Of a stretch of 64,000 nt of DNA, positions 1 through 13,736 are shown in pieces. A program made the position numbers and the translations under genes. The DNA is from Chiloscyllium plagiosum (taxonomy: Eukaryota). The stretch is from assembly GCF_004010195.1 (NCBI RefSeq), contig NC_057720.1:3765938-3829937 (forward strand), given 5' to 3'. Numbering within the stretch: position 1 is the first letter of the stretch; the number at the start of each line of letters is the position of its first letter. The notes under the pieces were generated by a model that saw only the letters and a program-made list of their open reading frames with translations, had not been told where the DNA came from and ran no database searches.

Positions 1-395
1 ATCTATTGCTCTGCCCTCATCAATCTTCTTTGTTACTTCATTAAAAAACTCAATCAAATTTGTGAGACATGATTTCCCACGCACAAAGCCATGTTGACTA
101 TTCCGAATCAGTCCTTGCCTTTCCAAATACATGTACATCCTGTCCCTCAGGATTCCCTCCAACAACTTGCCCACCACCGAGGTCAGGCTCACCGGTCTAT
201 AGTTCCCTGGCTTGTCCTTACCACCCTTCTTAAACAGTGGCACCACGTTTGTCAACCTCCAGTCTTCCGGCACTTCACCTGTGACTATCGATGATACAAA
301 TATCTCAGCAAGAGGCCCAGCAATCACTTCTCTAGCTTCCCACAGAGTTCTCGGGTACACCTGATCAGGTCCTGGGGATTTATCCACCTTTAACG
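1..395 (-). mobile_element. CR1/HER1-type LINE RT fragment
   Basis: Reverse strand encodes HGFVRGKSCLTNLIEFFNEVTKKIDEGRAID, typical of CR1 ORF2. Confidence 0.85.
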
Positions 396-1247
396 GTAAA
401 CCAGCTGAATTTACTTGTTCGACTAAGGCTTTCCTTCAATGTGTGTGAGAAATTGGCTGATGTATGATTTCTCTCTGGGACATAAATCTTTCTGATACTA
501 AAGTATACATGTGACATTAAATAATGCCCCCAGGCTGCAGGTGGTAAAAGCATAAATTCAGAGAAAATGTTCAGTCACTGCATTGAGCTTAAACCACCCC
601 TCTAACTCAATTGAGATTTCTCTCCACAGATGCTGCCAGACCTTCTGAGCTTTTCCAGCAATTTCTGATTTTGTTTCTGATTTATACAGCATCGACAGTT
701 CTTTCAGGTTTCTCTAACCCACTTCCTTCCTTTCAGACAGTCCTTAATACCAGTCTTTTTGCTGCTGCTGGTTCCTTGACTTAATATCTCTTATTATCCA
801 GTATTATAATTTGTTTTATAATGTTCCTGCATTTCACTATGCTAATGGCACTATATAAATGTAAGTTCTCGCTATCTAGGAATTTTCTTGCCATGCTTGA
901 TGTCACTATGAGACTGACTGGTGTGGACTCCACTCTTAGAATCAGCCTGGAGTTCACACTAAGAAATATATTGATGACTATCTGAACCTTTTTAAACCTT
1001 GTCCCTCTTTCCTGTATCAATCCAGAATAAAAGTCCAGCCAAACTGTACCATTAACGTTTTCCTTCTTCTTTGCAGACACTGATGGACTCACAGAATCCC
1101 ACTTCACATCCCAGGAGTGTTCAGTTTTAGTTCAGATTTATACTTCCATATTTGCCTCATGTCTTTCACCTTTTTGTAAATCTTTCAATCTGAACCATCT
1201 CATTTGACACCAATATTTTACATTATATTGGAGCGTTACACACTTAC

Positions 1248-1311
1248 TGGTCATTTTTCCAGTATCATAGTCTCTTTCCACTTGCCAGTCGACAGAAGTA
1301 ACCTCTCCATC
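1248..1311 (-). CDS. DNAI3: DNAI3/WDR63 coding exon 11 in window, 64 bp, phase 0/1; gene continues beyond position 1
   Basis: Acceptor tgtctag|GAT and donor A|gtaagt. Translates DGEVTSVDWQVERDYDTGKMT, completing the dynein-IC F.GTE-DG motif. Confidence 0.9.
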
Positions 1312-1419
1312 CTAGACAGAAAGATCCAACACAAATCATTAATATTTCTACACAACCAGTGGTCGACCTTACATATTCTGTGTGACCATCACCCTTGCCC
1401 TGACTGGCAATACTTTGAT

Positions 1420-2268
1420 TTTATAGGCTTTGGCTGATAAATAACGAGTAATATTCATGCCACACAAGTGCCAGATAATGCCCATCTCTGACAGGAGAGA
1501 GAATCTCACTATCGCCCCTTGACATTCAATGGTATTACCATCAGTGAATCAACATCCTAGAATTACCATTGACCAAAACTCAACTGGACCAGCCACTTAA
1601 ATAATGTGGCTACAAGAACATGTTAAAGATTAGATCATAATATGTAATGACTGACATAGGCCATTCAGTTCATTGACTCAACTCCTCATTCAATGTGATC
1701 ATGACTGACTGTGAATTCTGAAGTGATTAACTTACCAACTGACTCCCAAAGCCTGTCCACCATCTACAGTGGCACAAGTCAGGAGTGGGATGGAATCCTC
1801 CCCACTTGCCTGGATGGATGCAGCTCCAACAACACCCATGATGCTTGGCACCATCCAGGACACAGTAGGCCACTTAATTAGTGCCACCTTTGATATTCAC
1901 TCCCTTCATCTCCGATACACATGTAGTGGTATGTACCATCTACAAAGCTCACAGCAGCAACACACCAAGGTTCCTTCTCGAGCATCTTCCAAAGCTGAGC
2001 CCTGGACCATCTCGAAGGACAAGGGCAGCAGAAGGATGGAAACACTACCTTCTGCAAGTTCACTCCATGCCATAGGTCATCCCGACTTGATGTTACATTG
2101 CTGTTCCTTCATGCCCTTTTTGACAGCATTATGGTGTAACCTACACCACAAGGACTGCAATGGGCTAAACAAAAAGCTATTTCACACTTTCTCCAGGGCC
2201 ATTAGAAATGAGCAATAAATATTGGCCTTGCCAGTGTGGTCAACATCCAATCAATGAATGAGAAAAAA
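1420..2268 (+). mobile_element. Old CR1/L2-group LINE 3' fragment, probable partner of the second SINE family
   Basis: ORF 1769-2218 reads AQVRSGMESSPLAWMDAAPTT..TIQD. Its 3' end (gggccattagaaatgagcaataaatattggcc..acatccaatcaatgaatga) matches the tail of SINE copies such as 8128-8460. Confidence 0.6.
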
Positions 2269-3249
2269 GTATATTCTTTAAAATGAACAGAAATGGGAGA
2301 TTTCCCATTTTTTCAGTCAAAGTGTGGGGCAGAGCTTTGGTGAATTTCTTGGCCTCGGCCACTGGCAATTCAGGTTGCCAGGGGCTCCTAGCCAATAAAA
2401 GGTGGGCAGCTTCTGGATCTGAAAGATTATTGGTTGAGGTTTACACCTTGGGGATCCAGTGTCAAGGAAGTAAGTTATTTTTTGTGGGACATGCAGAGAG
2501 GGGTTCAGAGTGACCAGAGGCAAGGGTAAGACAGTGGCTTTCACAGGCCTGCCCAGCATGAGTTACTCCAGTTGGGCCCCAGAGTGACCTCCCCAACCTG
2601 ACAATCTCGTCATCATACTTTCCCAGTCAGGAAACTCGCAACCTTTCATGCGTGCTGTGGACAGGTCATCAGTAAAGTGATGAATTGAAAATGGCTATTA
2701 ATTGACCAGTTGACACCTTAGTGCAGGTTAGGTGGATTGGCCATGGGAAATGCAGGGTTATCGGGATAGTGCAGGGGGCTGGGTCTGGGTGGGACACTTT
2801 TCAGAGGGTTGGTGTGGACACGATGGGGTGACTGGCCTCCTTCCACACTGTAAGGATTCTATAATTTTATGATTAACTGGTGGTGGATTGAGAAAGTCCC
2901 CATTTGAAGGTACCTATGGCACAGTGATAGTGTCCCTACCTCTGAGTGAGGAGACCCAGGCCCAAATCCTACCTGTTCCATAAGTTGTGGAATAACATAT
3001 CTGAATATCTTATTTAGAAAATATAAAAGGAAGGCCCCCTGTGGAAGTCTTACTCAGCACCGTCTCACCTCAATTAGTGAATTAATGAGATTCACCAGAG
3101 CCCGCCCACTCACTCATTTCCCTTCATCACTGCGTTTCCTGTCACCTCCAGGGAGGATAAAATTCTTCCCAGTGTTTTATGAAAGGATAAACAGGCCTGT
3201 TGCTTCTCCCTAACACATAAACGTCAGGACTCTCGTTAGCCTGACTTAC

Positions 3250-3377
3250 CTCAGTACCAATGAACACAAAGGTGTTGATATCATCCACAAATGTCAGATC
3301 TCTGCTCGAGGGAACATCCATGGCAGTATATTTGGAAGTCTCTCCTTTGGTCTTTGTCAGATTGGCTTGGGCCTTGT
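3250..3377 (-). CDS. DNAI3: DNAI3/WDR63 coding exon 10 in window, 128 bp, phase 1/0
   Basis: Acceptor tctacag|AC and donor GAG|gtaagt. Translates (D)KAQANLTKTKGETSKYTAMDVPSSRDLTFVDDINTFVFIGTE. Confidence 0.9.
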
Positions 3378-3889
3378 CTGTAGAAAGAGGAAAGTATATC
3401 ATTGTAAAGTTCACTGAACTTAATTTTAATATTAAACTGAGGTTCGGAAAAATATTCAATTATCAGGAATGGTTAGAAGGTCTTGAAATGGCCCTTGATG
3501 AAAATGTTCCATGTGATCAGACAAAGAAAACATTTCCATTCGTTTGGGGAGTACAAATAGAAGAAGACCATGAATTAGTCTGATAGGAAGGTCAGGAGAA
3601 ACATCTTCACCCAGATGGTGGGGAGAAAGGAGAACTCACTCCCACAGGGACTGGTTGAGGTGAATAACGTCAATATATTGAGGGGAGACTGGATAATCCC
3701 AATGGGGAGAAAGGATTAGAAAGATATGGTGATGGATTGAGGTGAAGAGAGAATGGGAAGAGGCATTTGTGGAGACCAGACATCAGATCAGATAGGCCTG
3801 TTTCCGTGGTGTAGATCACATATACGCCATCACTCATTGTTATTAGTATGGTAATGAAACAAAATAAGAAGCCTTGAATTGTTAAGACC

Positions 3890-5320
3890 ATACACCATAA
3901 GATTTAGGAACAGAAGTAGGCCATTTGGTACACTGAGTCTGCTCTACCATTCGATGTGTCTCTCAACCCCATTCACTTGTCTTCTCCCTGTAACCCTTGA
4001 ACCTGATACTAATCAACAACCTATCTGTAACTGTCTTAAGTATACTCAATGACTCGGCCTCCACAGCCCTTTTTGGCAATGAGTTCCTCAGAGTGTTCAC
4101 CCTCTGGCTGAAGAAATTCCTCCTCCTCCTCTCAGTTATTCACTCTGAGGCTGTACCTTCAGGCTCTAGTCTCTCTCACTATTGTCCACTCTATCCACAC
4201 CTCTCAGTCTTCTAAACTCCATCAAATACAGACCCAGAGTCTTCAACTGTTCCTCATATGAAAAACCCTTAATCCCTGGGATCATTCTTGTAAACCTTCT
4301 CTGAACCCGCTCTAACACCAACACATCTTTCCTTAGATACAGGGCCCAAAAGCTACTCACAATATTCCAAATGCAGTCTGACCAGAGGTTTAATCGCCTC
4401 AGCAGTACATCCCTGCTCTTGTATTCTTGCCCTCTTGAAATGAATGCTAACATTGCTTTTGCCTTCCTAACTGCCAATTGAACCTACATGTTAACCTGAG
4501 GAGAATCCTGAACTAAGACTCCCAAGTCCCTTTGCCATCAGATACCTGAAGCCTTTCCCCATTTAGAAAACCATCTATACTTATGTTCTTCCTACCAAAG
4601 TACATGACCTCACACTTTCCTACATTGTATTCCATCTGCAACTTCTTTGCTCACTCTCCCAGCCTGTCCAGGTCCTTCTGCAGACTCCCACTTCCTGAAC
4701 ACTACCTGCCCCTCCACTTATCAATGTTTCATCTGCAAACGTAGCAACAGTATCCTCAGTTCCTTCACCCAGATCATTAATGTATGATGTGAATAGACGT
4801 TATCCCAACACTGACTCCTGCGGATCTCCACTAGTCACCAGCTGCCATCCTGAAAAAGATCCCTTTGTCCCCACTCTTTGCCTCCTGCCAGACAGCCAAG
4901 CCTCTATTCATGCCAGTACCATGCCTCTAACACCATGGACAGTTATTTTATTCAGCAGCCTCCTGTGCAGCACCTTGTCAAAGGAAATCCAAATAGATCA
5001 CGTCCACTGACTCTCCTTTGTCTAACTTGCTCATTATCTCCTCAAAGAATTCTAACAGATTTATCAGGCATGCCCTCCCTAGATGAAGCCTTGGTGACTC
5101 AGCTTTATTTTATCATGCACTTCCAAGTGCTCTGCAATCTCATCCTTAATAATGGACTCTACAATCTTACTAACAACTGAGGTCAGGCTAACTGGCCTAT
5201 AATTTCCTGCCTTCTGCCCCTCCCTTCTTAAACAGGGGTGATGGCCACTACACTCACCTCTACACCTAACTCTCTCGAAGTTCTGGTATGCTGCTGGTGT
5301 CTTCCTAAGGCAGTATCAAA
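3890..5320 (-). mobile_element. Degenerate CR1-type LINE
   Basis: ORF 4166-4477 reads KAKAMLAFISRG..LERVQRRFTRMIPG. Confidence 0.8.
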
Positions 5321-5779
5321 GTACAAACTCTCACAAAACTCTCAGCCAACATTTTCTCCAATATATAACCATTTCTGTTGATTTACACTTTGCATTTTCT
5401 CTATGCCAAATTATCTGTCTGTTTGTGCTGCAGATTCTCTCTCTCTCTTTCTCTCAGGATATCTCTCTCAGATTTCTTTCTCAGGAACTCTCTCTGTCTC
5501 GGGATTGCTCAGGATTTCCTTTACTAGCTTTCTGAATTCTCACCTTTTCCGGTTTGTCTGTGGGTCACCTGATTACGCTGTGCGCTCTTTCCCATTCCTT
5601 TACTGACACATTTAACCTCGACTTAGGAATGAGCTCCTTGAACTTGTTGGATCATTGAGCGGGAATGTGGCCTACCCAGAAGCTCCATGTATAAATACAA
5701 ACACTTGTGTATAATCTTCAATATGCATCTTTAAGTCATTGAACTTCATTCCTTCTCTATTTTTTACATTGTTTTTTTT

Positions 5780-5995
5780 TAGATTAGATTAGATTAGATT
5801 AGATTACTTTACAGTGTGGAAACAGGCCCTTCGGCCCAACAAGTCCACACCGACCCGGCACCCGGAGGAAACCCACGCAGACACGGGGAGAACGTGCAAA
5901 CTCCACACAGTCAGTCGCCTGAGACGGGAATTGAACCCGGGTCTCTGGCGCTGCGAGGCAGCAGTGCTAACCACTGTGCCACCGTGCCGCCCACA
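5780..5995 (-). mobile_element. HE1-type V-SINE, internally deleted
   Basis: tRNA-like head (A box tggcacagtgg, B box ggttcaattcc), V-domain core tgtgtggagtttgcacgttctccccgtg, HER1-like tail and (ATCTA)n end. Confidence 0.85.
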
Positions 5996-6416
5996 ATTGT
6001 AGGCAAAATGAATTTGTACATATAGGGTCTTGGAACCATACAGCTTTTTCAACACCCTGACCAATCACCATCTACCTGCCTGGCCTGGGAATTATGACTG
6101 AGAGTTACCTGGCCAACTCTGCGCCAACGATGTCCCAACTAATCAACACCCTCTTCTCACGCTGTATAAATGATGTCACTCTTTGTTCATAGCTGTTTCT
6201 TGCCTCTTCGTTCTGATGAATGCAACACTAAAAGCTTTAGCTTCTTGCCTCCTTTTGTCAATGTTGAAGCTCTGTGACACCAAGCAATTTGTTAACTTTC
6301 AAAAAACCTAAACCCACATGCAATAGGTGTTTGCAGGATTGAATAGGTTATAAAGCCTACACAGTTATTGGTATTTACTTCAAAGAATGACACTGAAATC
6401 CCTATAAAGAATAAAG

Positions 6417-6730
6417 AGGGTGGCACAGTGGCTCAGTGGTTAGCACTACTGCCTCCCAGCACCAGGGTGACAGGTTCGATTCCAGCCTAAGTCAGACTGC
6501 CTGTGTGGAGTTTGCACATTCACCCCGTGTCTGCGTGGGCTTCCTCCGGGTGCTCCGGTTTCCTCCCACAGTCCAAAGATGCCAGGTGAATTGGCCATGC
6601 TAAATTGCCCATAATGTTAGGTGCATTAGTCAGAGAGAAATGGGTCTGGGTGGGTTACTCTTCGGAGGGTCGGTGTGGACTTGTTGGGCTGAAGGGCCTG
6701 TTTCCACACTGTAGGGAATCTAATCTAATC
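6417..6730 (+). mobile_element. HE1-type V-SINE, near full length (a partial copy follows at ~6815-7090)
   Basis: A/B boxes, V-domain, tail gtggacttgttgggctgaagggcctgtttccacactgtagg and aatct repeats. Confidence 0.9.
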
Positions 6731-7262
6731 AAATGCATTGCAGCTGAAACAAACTAACCTCTGCCGAATGACCAGGATGATGGCAGCATTCGTGAGATAT
6801 CCATTCTAAATGTCAGCCTTGGGGCAACTGTTTGTGTGCAGTTTGCACATTCTCCTCACGTCTGCGTGGGTTTCCTCCAGGTGCTCATGTTTCTTTCTGC
6901 AGTCCACAGTGCAAGTAAGGTGGATCTGCTGTGTTAAATTGCCCATGATGTCCAGGTATGTGTAGTTTGGTGGGTTATCAATGGGAAACACAGGGTTAGG
7001 GGGTTAGGTCTGGGTGGGATGCCCTTCAGGAGGTTGATGTGGACTCAGGTGAACTGAATGGTCTGCTTCCACACTGTAGGGATTCTATTAATCTACACAT
7101 TTGCACTGAGCATGAACGCTGCTATCTTCTGGTAATAACATGGGCTGGGATCGGAACGCTGATCTCCAATGAAAGATCAGTCATTTCAAAAATTCTCAGG
7201 TGGGCCACCCTTCAGAGGAAACAACCAATGTCACTTGGAGATTACAAAGTGTCAGTATTTAC

Positions 7263-7347
7263 CATAGACTCTCTCAGAGTACTTCTCCTTCATGCTAATT
7301 TTCATAGGGCTGTAATCTCCAGCAGTTGAAATCTTAGGTAACAACAC
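7263..7347 (-). CDS. DNAI3: DNAI3/WDR63 coding exon 9 in window, 85 bp, phase 0/1
   Basis: Acceptor gaacag|GTG and donor G|gtaaat. Translates VLLPKISTAGDYSPMKISMKEKYSERVY; its 3n+1 length supplies the phase change needed between the flanking exons. Confidence 0.88.
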
Positions 7348-8127
7348 CTGTTCAGGAACAAAAACAGAAATTGCTGGAAAAGCTCAGCAGGTCTGGTAGC
7401 ATCAATGAAGAGAAATCAGAATTAACATCTCGGGTCGAGTGACCCTTCCTGTTTCCACACAGTAGGATTCTATCATTCTATCATTCCCATTCTCAGAACA
7501 TGGTAAAACCTACTTAGGGTTTGGAAGATAAAGATTTATTCATTAAACCATAGAATGAAAAGCCCAATCAACTCATCATACCTGCACCAAGTCAAAAGGT
7601 ACAGCTGTCCAAAATTAACACCATTTCCCTATAAATGATTCTGATTCTGTTTTGGATTTAATTTGATTTGATTTATTACTGTCACGTGTACTGAGGTACA
7701 GTGATAAGTGTTGTCTTACTGGCTTTACAAGCAAATTGCACTATACAAGTTCATCAGGGTAACAGAACAGAGTGCAGGATGCAGTGTCACTGCTGCAGAG
7801 ACAGATCAACATTAAAGAGGTCCATTCAAAAGTCTGATAACAGCAAGGAGGGAGCTGTTCTCGAATCTATTCATACATGAAGTTATTTTTCCATCTCCCT
7901 TTCAGGCAATACATTCTAGATCACAACAAGACACTGTCTTTAAAGAAAAGAAAATCTCATTTGCTACCTTCAGTTCTTTAACCAATTGTCTTAAATCTGT
8001 CTCCTCTGTTTTGTCACATGACTCAGTAGGTTGTAACTGCTCCAGGTAAATTTATCCTTGTTGATTGGATTTTCACCTAGAGCCCCAGCTTCAAGGTTGA
8101 CTCAACGTAATGCCTGCAGCAAATTAA

Positions 8128-8460
8128 GGGAGGTGACGGCCGAGTGGTATTATTGCTGGACTGTTAATCCAGGACCGTTCTGGGTACCTGGGTTCAAATC
8201 CTGCCATGGCAGATGGTGGAATTTGACATAAAATGAATAGGAATCCATTGCTAATTGTCAGGAGGAAAACCCATCCCCTGCCAAGTGTCTGTAAAAACTG
8301 ATCTGGTTCACTAATGCCCTTCAGGGAAGGAAACTGCCATCCTTACCTAGTCTGGCCTACATGTGACTCCAGACCCACATGTGGTCAACTGCCTTCTGGG
8401 TAATTAGGGTTAGGCAGTAAATGTTGGCCTGGCTAGTGATGCTCTCATTCCATAAAGGAA
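8128..8460 (+). mobile_element. tRNA-derived SINE, second family (other copies ~10260-10570 -, 11110-11430 +, 41400-41740 -, 45960-46235 +)
   Basis: B-box ggttcaaatcc, a recurrent core ctggttcactaatgcccttcagggaaggaaa..acatgtgactccagaccc, and a tail shared with the LINE at 1420-2268. Confidence 0.7.
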
Positions 8461-10875
8461 TTTTAATAAACTCTTAATCTGAGAGAGATGAAGCTGACAC
8501 TAATTTGGAATTAAATTGGTATTCTCACTCCGAGAAAGGAAGGCGTGAGTGGGAACACGCTACATCGGAGTTGCTATTTTCCAAGTAGGGTGTAAGACAG
8601 CCCCTTGGATAAAGTGACAGAAGCATTATTATGTATCAAAGTGTGGAACACTTGTGAGAATAATCGACCATAAAGTATGGAGAAAGTGTGGCTGGACTGC
8701 AGGTTTACTGCTGAAATGACCTAGGTACATTTACACACTGAACCACACTTAATGGCTGATAAAACATTAAACTCCGATCTACCCTCCATGGGTTGGAGTT
8801 TACAACAGCCCCTCCCAACTCTGTTTCTGAAATGTTTGAAGATAGGACTGGAGCAAGGAGAGCTGCTTGTAAAAGGTAGCCCATTGCCTCTCCAGCCATC
8901 CCCAGTCTATCTCCCATATAACACAGGGTAGTGGATGATTAATGAGACACCCATGGAGGGGATGAGCATGGCAAGGCCAGCATCCTGCACGGGCAGCTTT
9001 TGGTCACAAAAGGGATATTTCCTTTGGGGAGAGAGGGGGTTAGTCCCCTGTTCACATTTCCAAGACCGTACACACCTCCTTTAACTCCTGTTCCCTCCTA
9101 ACCCCTCAGCTTCTCTGCTGCCCTCGCTGAGGACTCCTGGTCAGGACTCTCCTTTATCCCTGGATTTAACTTTAAGTCTGGTTTCCATTGGCCTTTCACC
9201 TCAGGAGCTGCTGGCTGTTCTGGCAGTAACTGTGTTTCAGTCCTGCTGATGCCAGATTACAGAGCAACTGGACAGTCCCGCTCTGAAATAATCAGGGCCA
9301 CTCTGAGTGTGCTTGGGCTGCCTGAAAACAGGCTTTTAGACAGTGGCTGACAAGTGGTGGGCTTCTCAGCTGGAAGGGTAAGGAATATGATGCCTCCATC
9401 AAAACTCCAGCTCCAAAAAAGGAGAGAAAACACTTTTCATTCTGCAACCTCAGTGTAGTCTCTGAAATGTAGACATGATTGTAAAGTCAGAAATGAAACA
9501 GCCAATTGGCACACAGCGAGATCACATCAAAGAGTAGTGTGATCATGTTTTTAAACATGCACTTGTTGGACGTGGGCATCGCAGGCTGGGCTGGCAATTA
9601 TTGCCCATCCCTAATTGCCCCTTGAGAAGGTGATGGTGAGCTGCCTATGCCTCTGCCGTAGGTTGACTCGCAATGCCCTGAGGGAGGGAATTCCAGAATT
9701 TTGACCCAGCGACAGTGAAGGAACGGTGATACATTTCCAAGTCAGGATGGTGAGGAAAACTTGAGATGGCAATGTTCCCATGTATCTGCCCTTTGTCCTC
9801 CTAGAAGAATGCGACTGTGGGTTTAGCTGAGGATTTCGGTGAATTTCTGCAGTGCATCTTGTGACTAGTTTGTTTCCTCTAGTGATATTGATTGGGGGAT
9901 AAATAATGCCCAAGTAATCAGGGCAAGCTTCTTCCTTATACGAACATGTGATGTTTCATGCCAACTTGATTGGGCACAGAGTGCCACTGTCTGATATTTC
10001 AACTGGGATTGGACTCCTCTCTGAGGGAGTTTGATGCCCATGCTCTGGCACTGACGCTAAGCCTAGATTTTGTTGCCTTGAACCTGCTTTCTCCTGACTT
10101 ACGGATGCAAGTGCTGCCCCCTCAGCTACGATGGTAAGGAACATGGAAATTATAGCACAGCATTGAAGTCACTCAATAATTACTCCAGATACTGGGGACT
10201 TGGGTTTGAAACACATCACAGCAGCTGCCAGCACTGAAATTCAATAAGTAAATTTCTCTTTATTATTCATTCCCAGGCTGAGGTATCACTGATTTGGCCA
10301 GAGTATATTGTCCATCCCTAAGATTAGAGTCAACCACATTGCCGTGGGGCTGGAGTCACATCAGACAAGGATGGCAGTTTCCTTCCCTAAAGGGCATTAG
10401 TGAATCAGATGGGATTTTCCAACAATCGATTCATAGTCATTATCACCCTTCATTCCAGGTAATTATTGAAGTCAAATTCCACCATTTACCGTGGCAGGAT
10501 TCAAACCCAGAACATCACCTGGGTCTCTGGATCAACAGTCCAGTGTTAATATCACTAGCCCATTGCCTGGATTTGAAAGTTAGTCTTAGTTATGGTCACT
10601 AAGGCAGCCATTTTCAATTGTCAGTAAGAAACCACCTGGTTCACTAATACCCATCAGGGAGGGAATTCTGGCAGGTATGTGACTCCAGAGCAACTCTATA
10701 ATCACTCCTAAAATGGCCAAGTCAGCCACTCAGTTCAAGGGCAATTAGGGATGGACAACAAATACTGGTCATTCCCAGCAAGGTCCAGGTCCAATGAAAT
10801 TTGTTTAAAAATCAACCAATCTCTAACTCAGTCCCAGTGACGTCGTAATTTTCAAATTACAAAGATTGACATTAC

Positions 10876-11023
10876 CTTGTGCATTGGTTTCCAATAGAGA
10901 TCGATATGTTTAAAAGTGTTGGGCACTCCTTCAGGGTTTTGGAGTTCCTTCTCCATTTTCTGTTTCTCCTGTCTGGTCAGGACGGTGGCTTTGGGTTTTC
11001 GAATATCCCAGAACAGAATTGAA
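10876..11023 (-). CDS. DNAI3: DNAI3/WDR63 coding exon 8 in window, 148 bp, phase 2/0
   Basis: Acceptor tctgcag|T and donor AAG|gtaatg. Translates (C)SILFWDIRKPKATVLTRQEKQKMEKELQNPEGVPNTFKHIDLYWKPMHK. Confidence 0.93.
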
Positions 11024-12064
11024 CTGCAGAAATAGGATGGCATCAACATTGCTCCTCGTGGTTACATTGACCTGCAGAGGGAGGGACGGAGGGAGGGATG
11101 ATGCTGGGGAGGACAGTGGTGCAGTGGTAATGTCACTGCCCTGGTATGCCAGAGATCCAAGCTACTGCTGTGGGGGAATTTGGGTTCAAATCCCAACATG
11201 AGGAGTTGCTGGAAATTTGAATTAACTAAATAAACTTCAGTGATAGTGACCGAAAATCATCAATTGTTTGTAAACACTCACGTGGTTCACCAATCCCTTT
11301 GAGGGAAGGAAACGAGCCTTCATGCCCTACATGTGACTCCAGACTCTCAGCAATGTGACTGACCCACAATGACCATTAAGCAAGCTACTCAGACCAAGGG
11401 GAGGGAAAGAAATGCCAGACTTGCCAAAGAAAAGGTCTTCCTGGGTCAGGCCAGTGGGACATTGACCTAAGCTGCAGGGTTTGTGAGGACAAATTGAGAA
11501 GCCTGATTGCTAACGTTTAGAGGACTAAGGGGTGATCTCATTCCAACGAGGCTTGTTGGGCTGTTTCCACTGACTGGATAGTCTACAGCATTGAGGTGTG
11601 CTTTCAGGACTCAGATGAGAAAATATTTTTGGTTAGTTTTCCATCAACCTGTTCATAGATGTTATTACACACCTTTGGAGCATGTGGGACTTAACTTGGA
11701 CCTCCTAGTCCATGTGCAAGGACACTACCACTTGTGCCATAAGAGGGTCCAAAGGCCTGCCCAACATCTCGTACTCCCAGGCAGCCTCCCATCCAAATAC
11801 TAAACAGGCCTGAGTCTGCTGAGATGCGAGAACGCCTGAAATATTTATTCACTTGAAGAAATGTGAATTTTCAGAATTTGATCAACAATTGTTTTCAAGA
11901 GTGAGACTGATACAACTTTGGGTTCCAATGGGAAAGGGAGGGGGAAATTAGAATCATATAATTTTACAGGACAGAAGGAGGCCATTCATCCCATTGTTTC
12001 TGTAACTAGATCCCGAAAGAGCTATCCAGTTGATTCTACTCTCCAGCCCTGTCTCCCGAGCCCT

Positions 12065-13050
12065 CAATAGAATCATTGAGTCATATAACATGGAAATAGA
12101 CCTTTCAGTCCAACCAGTCCGTGCTAACCATATTCACAAAGTAAACTAGTCCCACCAGTCTACACTTGGCCCATACCCCTCCAAACCTTTCCTATTCATG
12201 TATTTATACAAATGTATTTTAAATGTTGTAACTGTACCTGCATCCACCACTTCCTCTCGCAGTTCATTTCACAATCTCTGTAAAAACGATACCCCTTGTG
12301 TTCCTTTTAAATCTTTCTCCTCTCACCCTAAAATATGCTCCCCAGTTTTGAACTCGCCCACCTTAGAGAAAAGACCCTGAACATTCACCTTATCTATGCC
12401 CTTCGTGATTGTATAAACCTCAATAAGGTCACTCCTGCAACCTCCTATGCTCCAGTGAAAAAAGTCCCAGCCTATTCAGTCTACTTTTGTATCTCAAACC
12501 CTCCATTTCTGGCAACATCCCAGTGAATCTTTTCTGAACCCTCTCCAGTTTAATAATATTCTTCCTATAAGAGGGTGACCAGAACTGAACACAGAAAACA
12601 TGTCCTATACAACCTCAACATGATGTCCCAACTCCTGTATTCAAAGGTCTGAGCAATAAAGGCAAGCATGCAAAACACTTTCTTAACCACCCTGTCTACT
12701 TATGACACAAATTTCTAAGAATTATATACCTGAAATCCTAGTCCTGTCTGTTCCACAACACTACCCAGGGCCCGAGTATTAAGTGCATAAGTCCTGCCCT
12801 TGTTGTGTTACCAAGGTGCAATACCAAAATCCAAATGAATTGCTTTCAAATATATAGCCACCATTTTTTTGAAATGTCCTGTAGAATCTTCCTCCCCCAC
12901 TCTCCCAGGCAGCACATTCCAAATCCCAACAACTCTCTGAATAAAAAGGTTTTTCCTGATCTCACTGCCAACTCTCTTGCTGACAATCCTGAAATAGTGA
13001 TCCCTAGTTACTGACATATCAACTTGTGGAAACAGAATATCCTTCTTTAC
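12065..13050 (-). mobile_element. CR1/HER1 LINE 3' fragments
   Basis: ORF 12808-13053 reads FIQRVVGIWNVLP; HER1-like tail near 12070-12200. Confidence 0.75.
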
Positions 13051-13426
13051 CATTAATATTCTTCAAACGATGATACAAGTTATACAGCTCAGATTTCAGC
13101 TATCTCATTAGAATTCTCAAGACAGCAGAATTTGCAAATCCATTATTTCATTATTAAAATTAAGCCCATTGGCTTTGAAAGTCAGTTGGCACACTCAGTT
13201 TAGATTTAAACATCCTGCGGACCCTGCAGTATGGTGAGCAGGAAGCATGTGTGCTTATTCCTGTCTGGGAGTCTGCTCCCTATTGTGCTGAAGATTGTGG
13301 ACTTCAATGGTGTTAGCACCTTGCATCAGAACCAATCGAAAGATGGAAGTGTCTTTTAATTCACTCATGGGATTTGGCCATTGCTGATAAGGCCTACCTT
13401 AACTGTGTTTTGAATTGAGAGAGCTT

Positions 13427-13736
13427 AGATTAGAATCCCTACAGTGTGGAAATAGGCCCTTCAGCCCAACCAGTCCACACCGACCCTCTGAAGAGTAACC
13501 CACCCAGACACATTTCCCTCTGACTAATGCACCTAACACTATGGGCAATTTACCATGGCCAGTTCACCTAACCTGCACATCTTTAGATTGTGGGAGGAAA
13601 CTGGAGCACCCGGAGGAAACCCACGCAGACACGGGGTGTGCAAACTCCACACAGACAGTCACCCGAGGCTGGAATCGAACCTGGGACCCTGGTGCTGTGA
13701 GGCAGCAGTTCGAACCACTGAGCCACCGTGCCGCAC
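13427..13736 (-). mobile_element. HE1-type V-SINE
   Basis: Head, V-domain and tail all present on the minus strand. Confidence 0.9.

Noticed and set aside
781..1107. 108-aa minus-strand ORF as the next DNAI3 exon
   Set aside because: No recognisable WD40 or dynein-IC motif and no convincing phase-1 acceptor.
6417..6490. tRNA genes at SINE heads
   Set aside because: A/B boxes run directly into the V-domain and LINE-like tail, so these are SINE heads, not stand-alone tRNAs.
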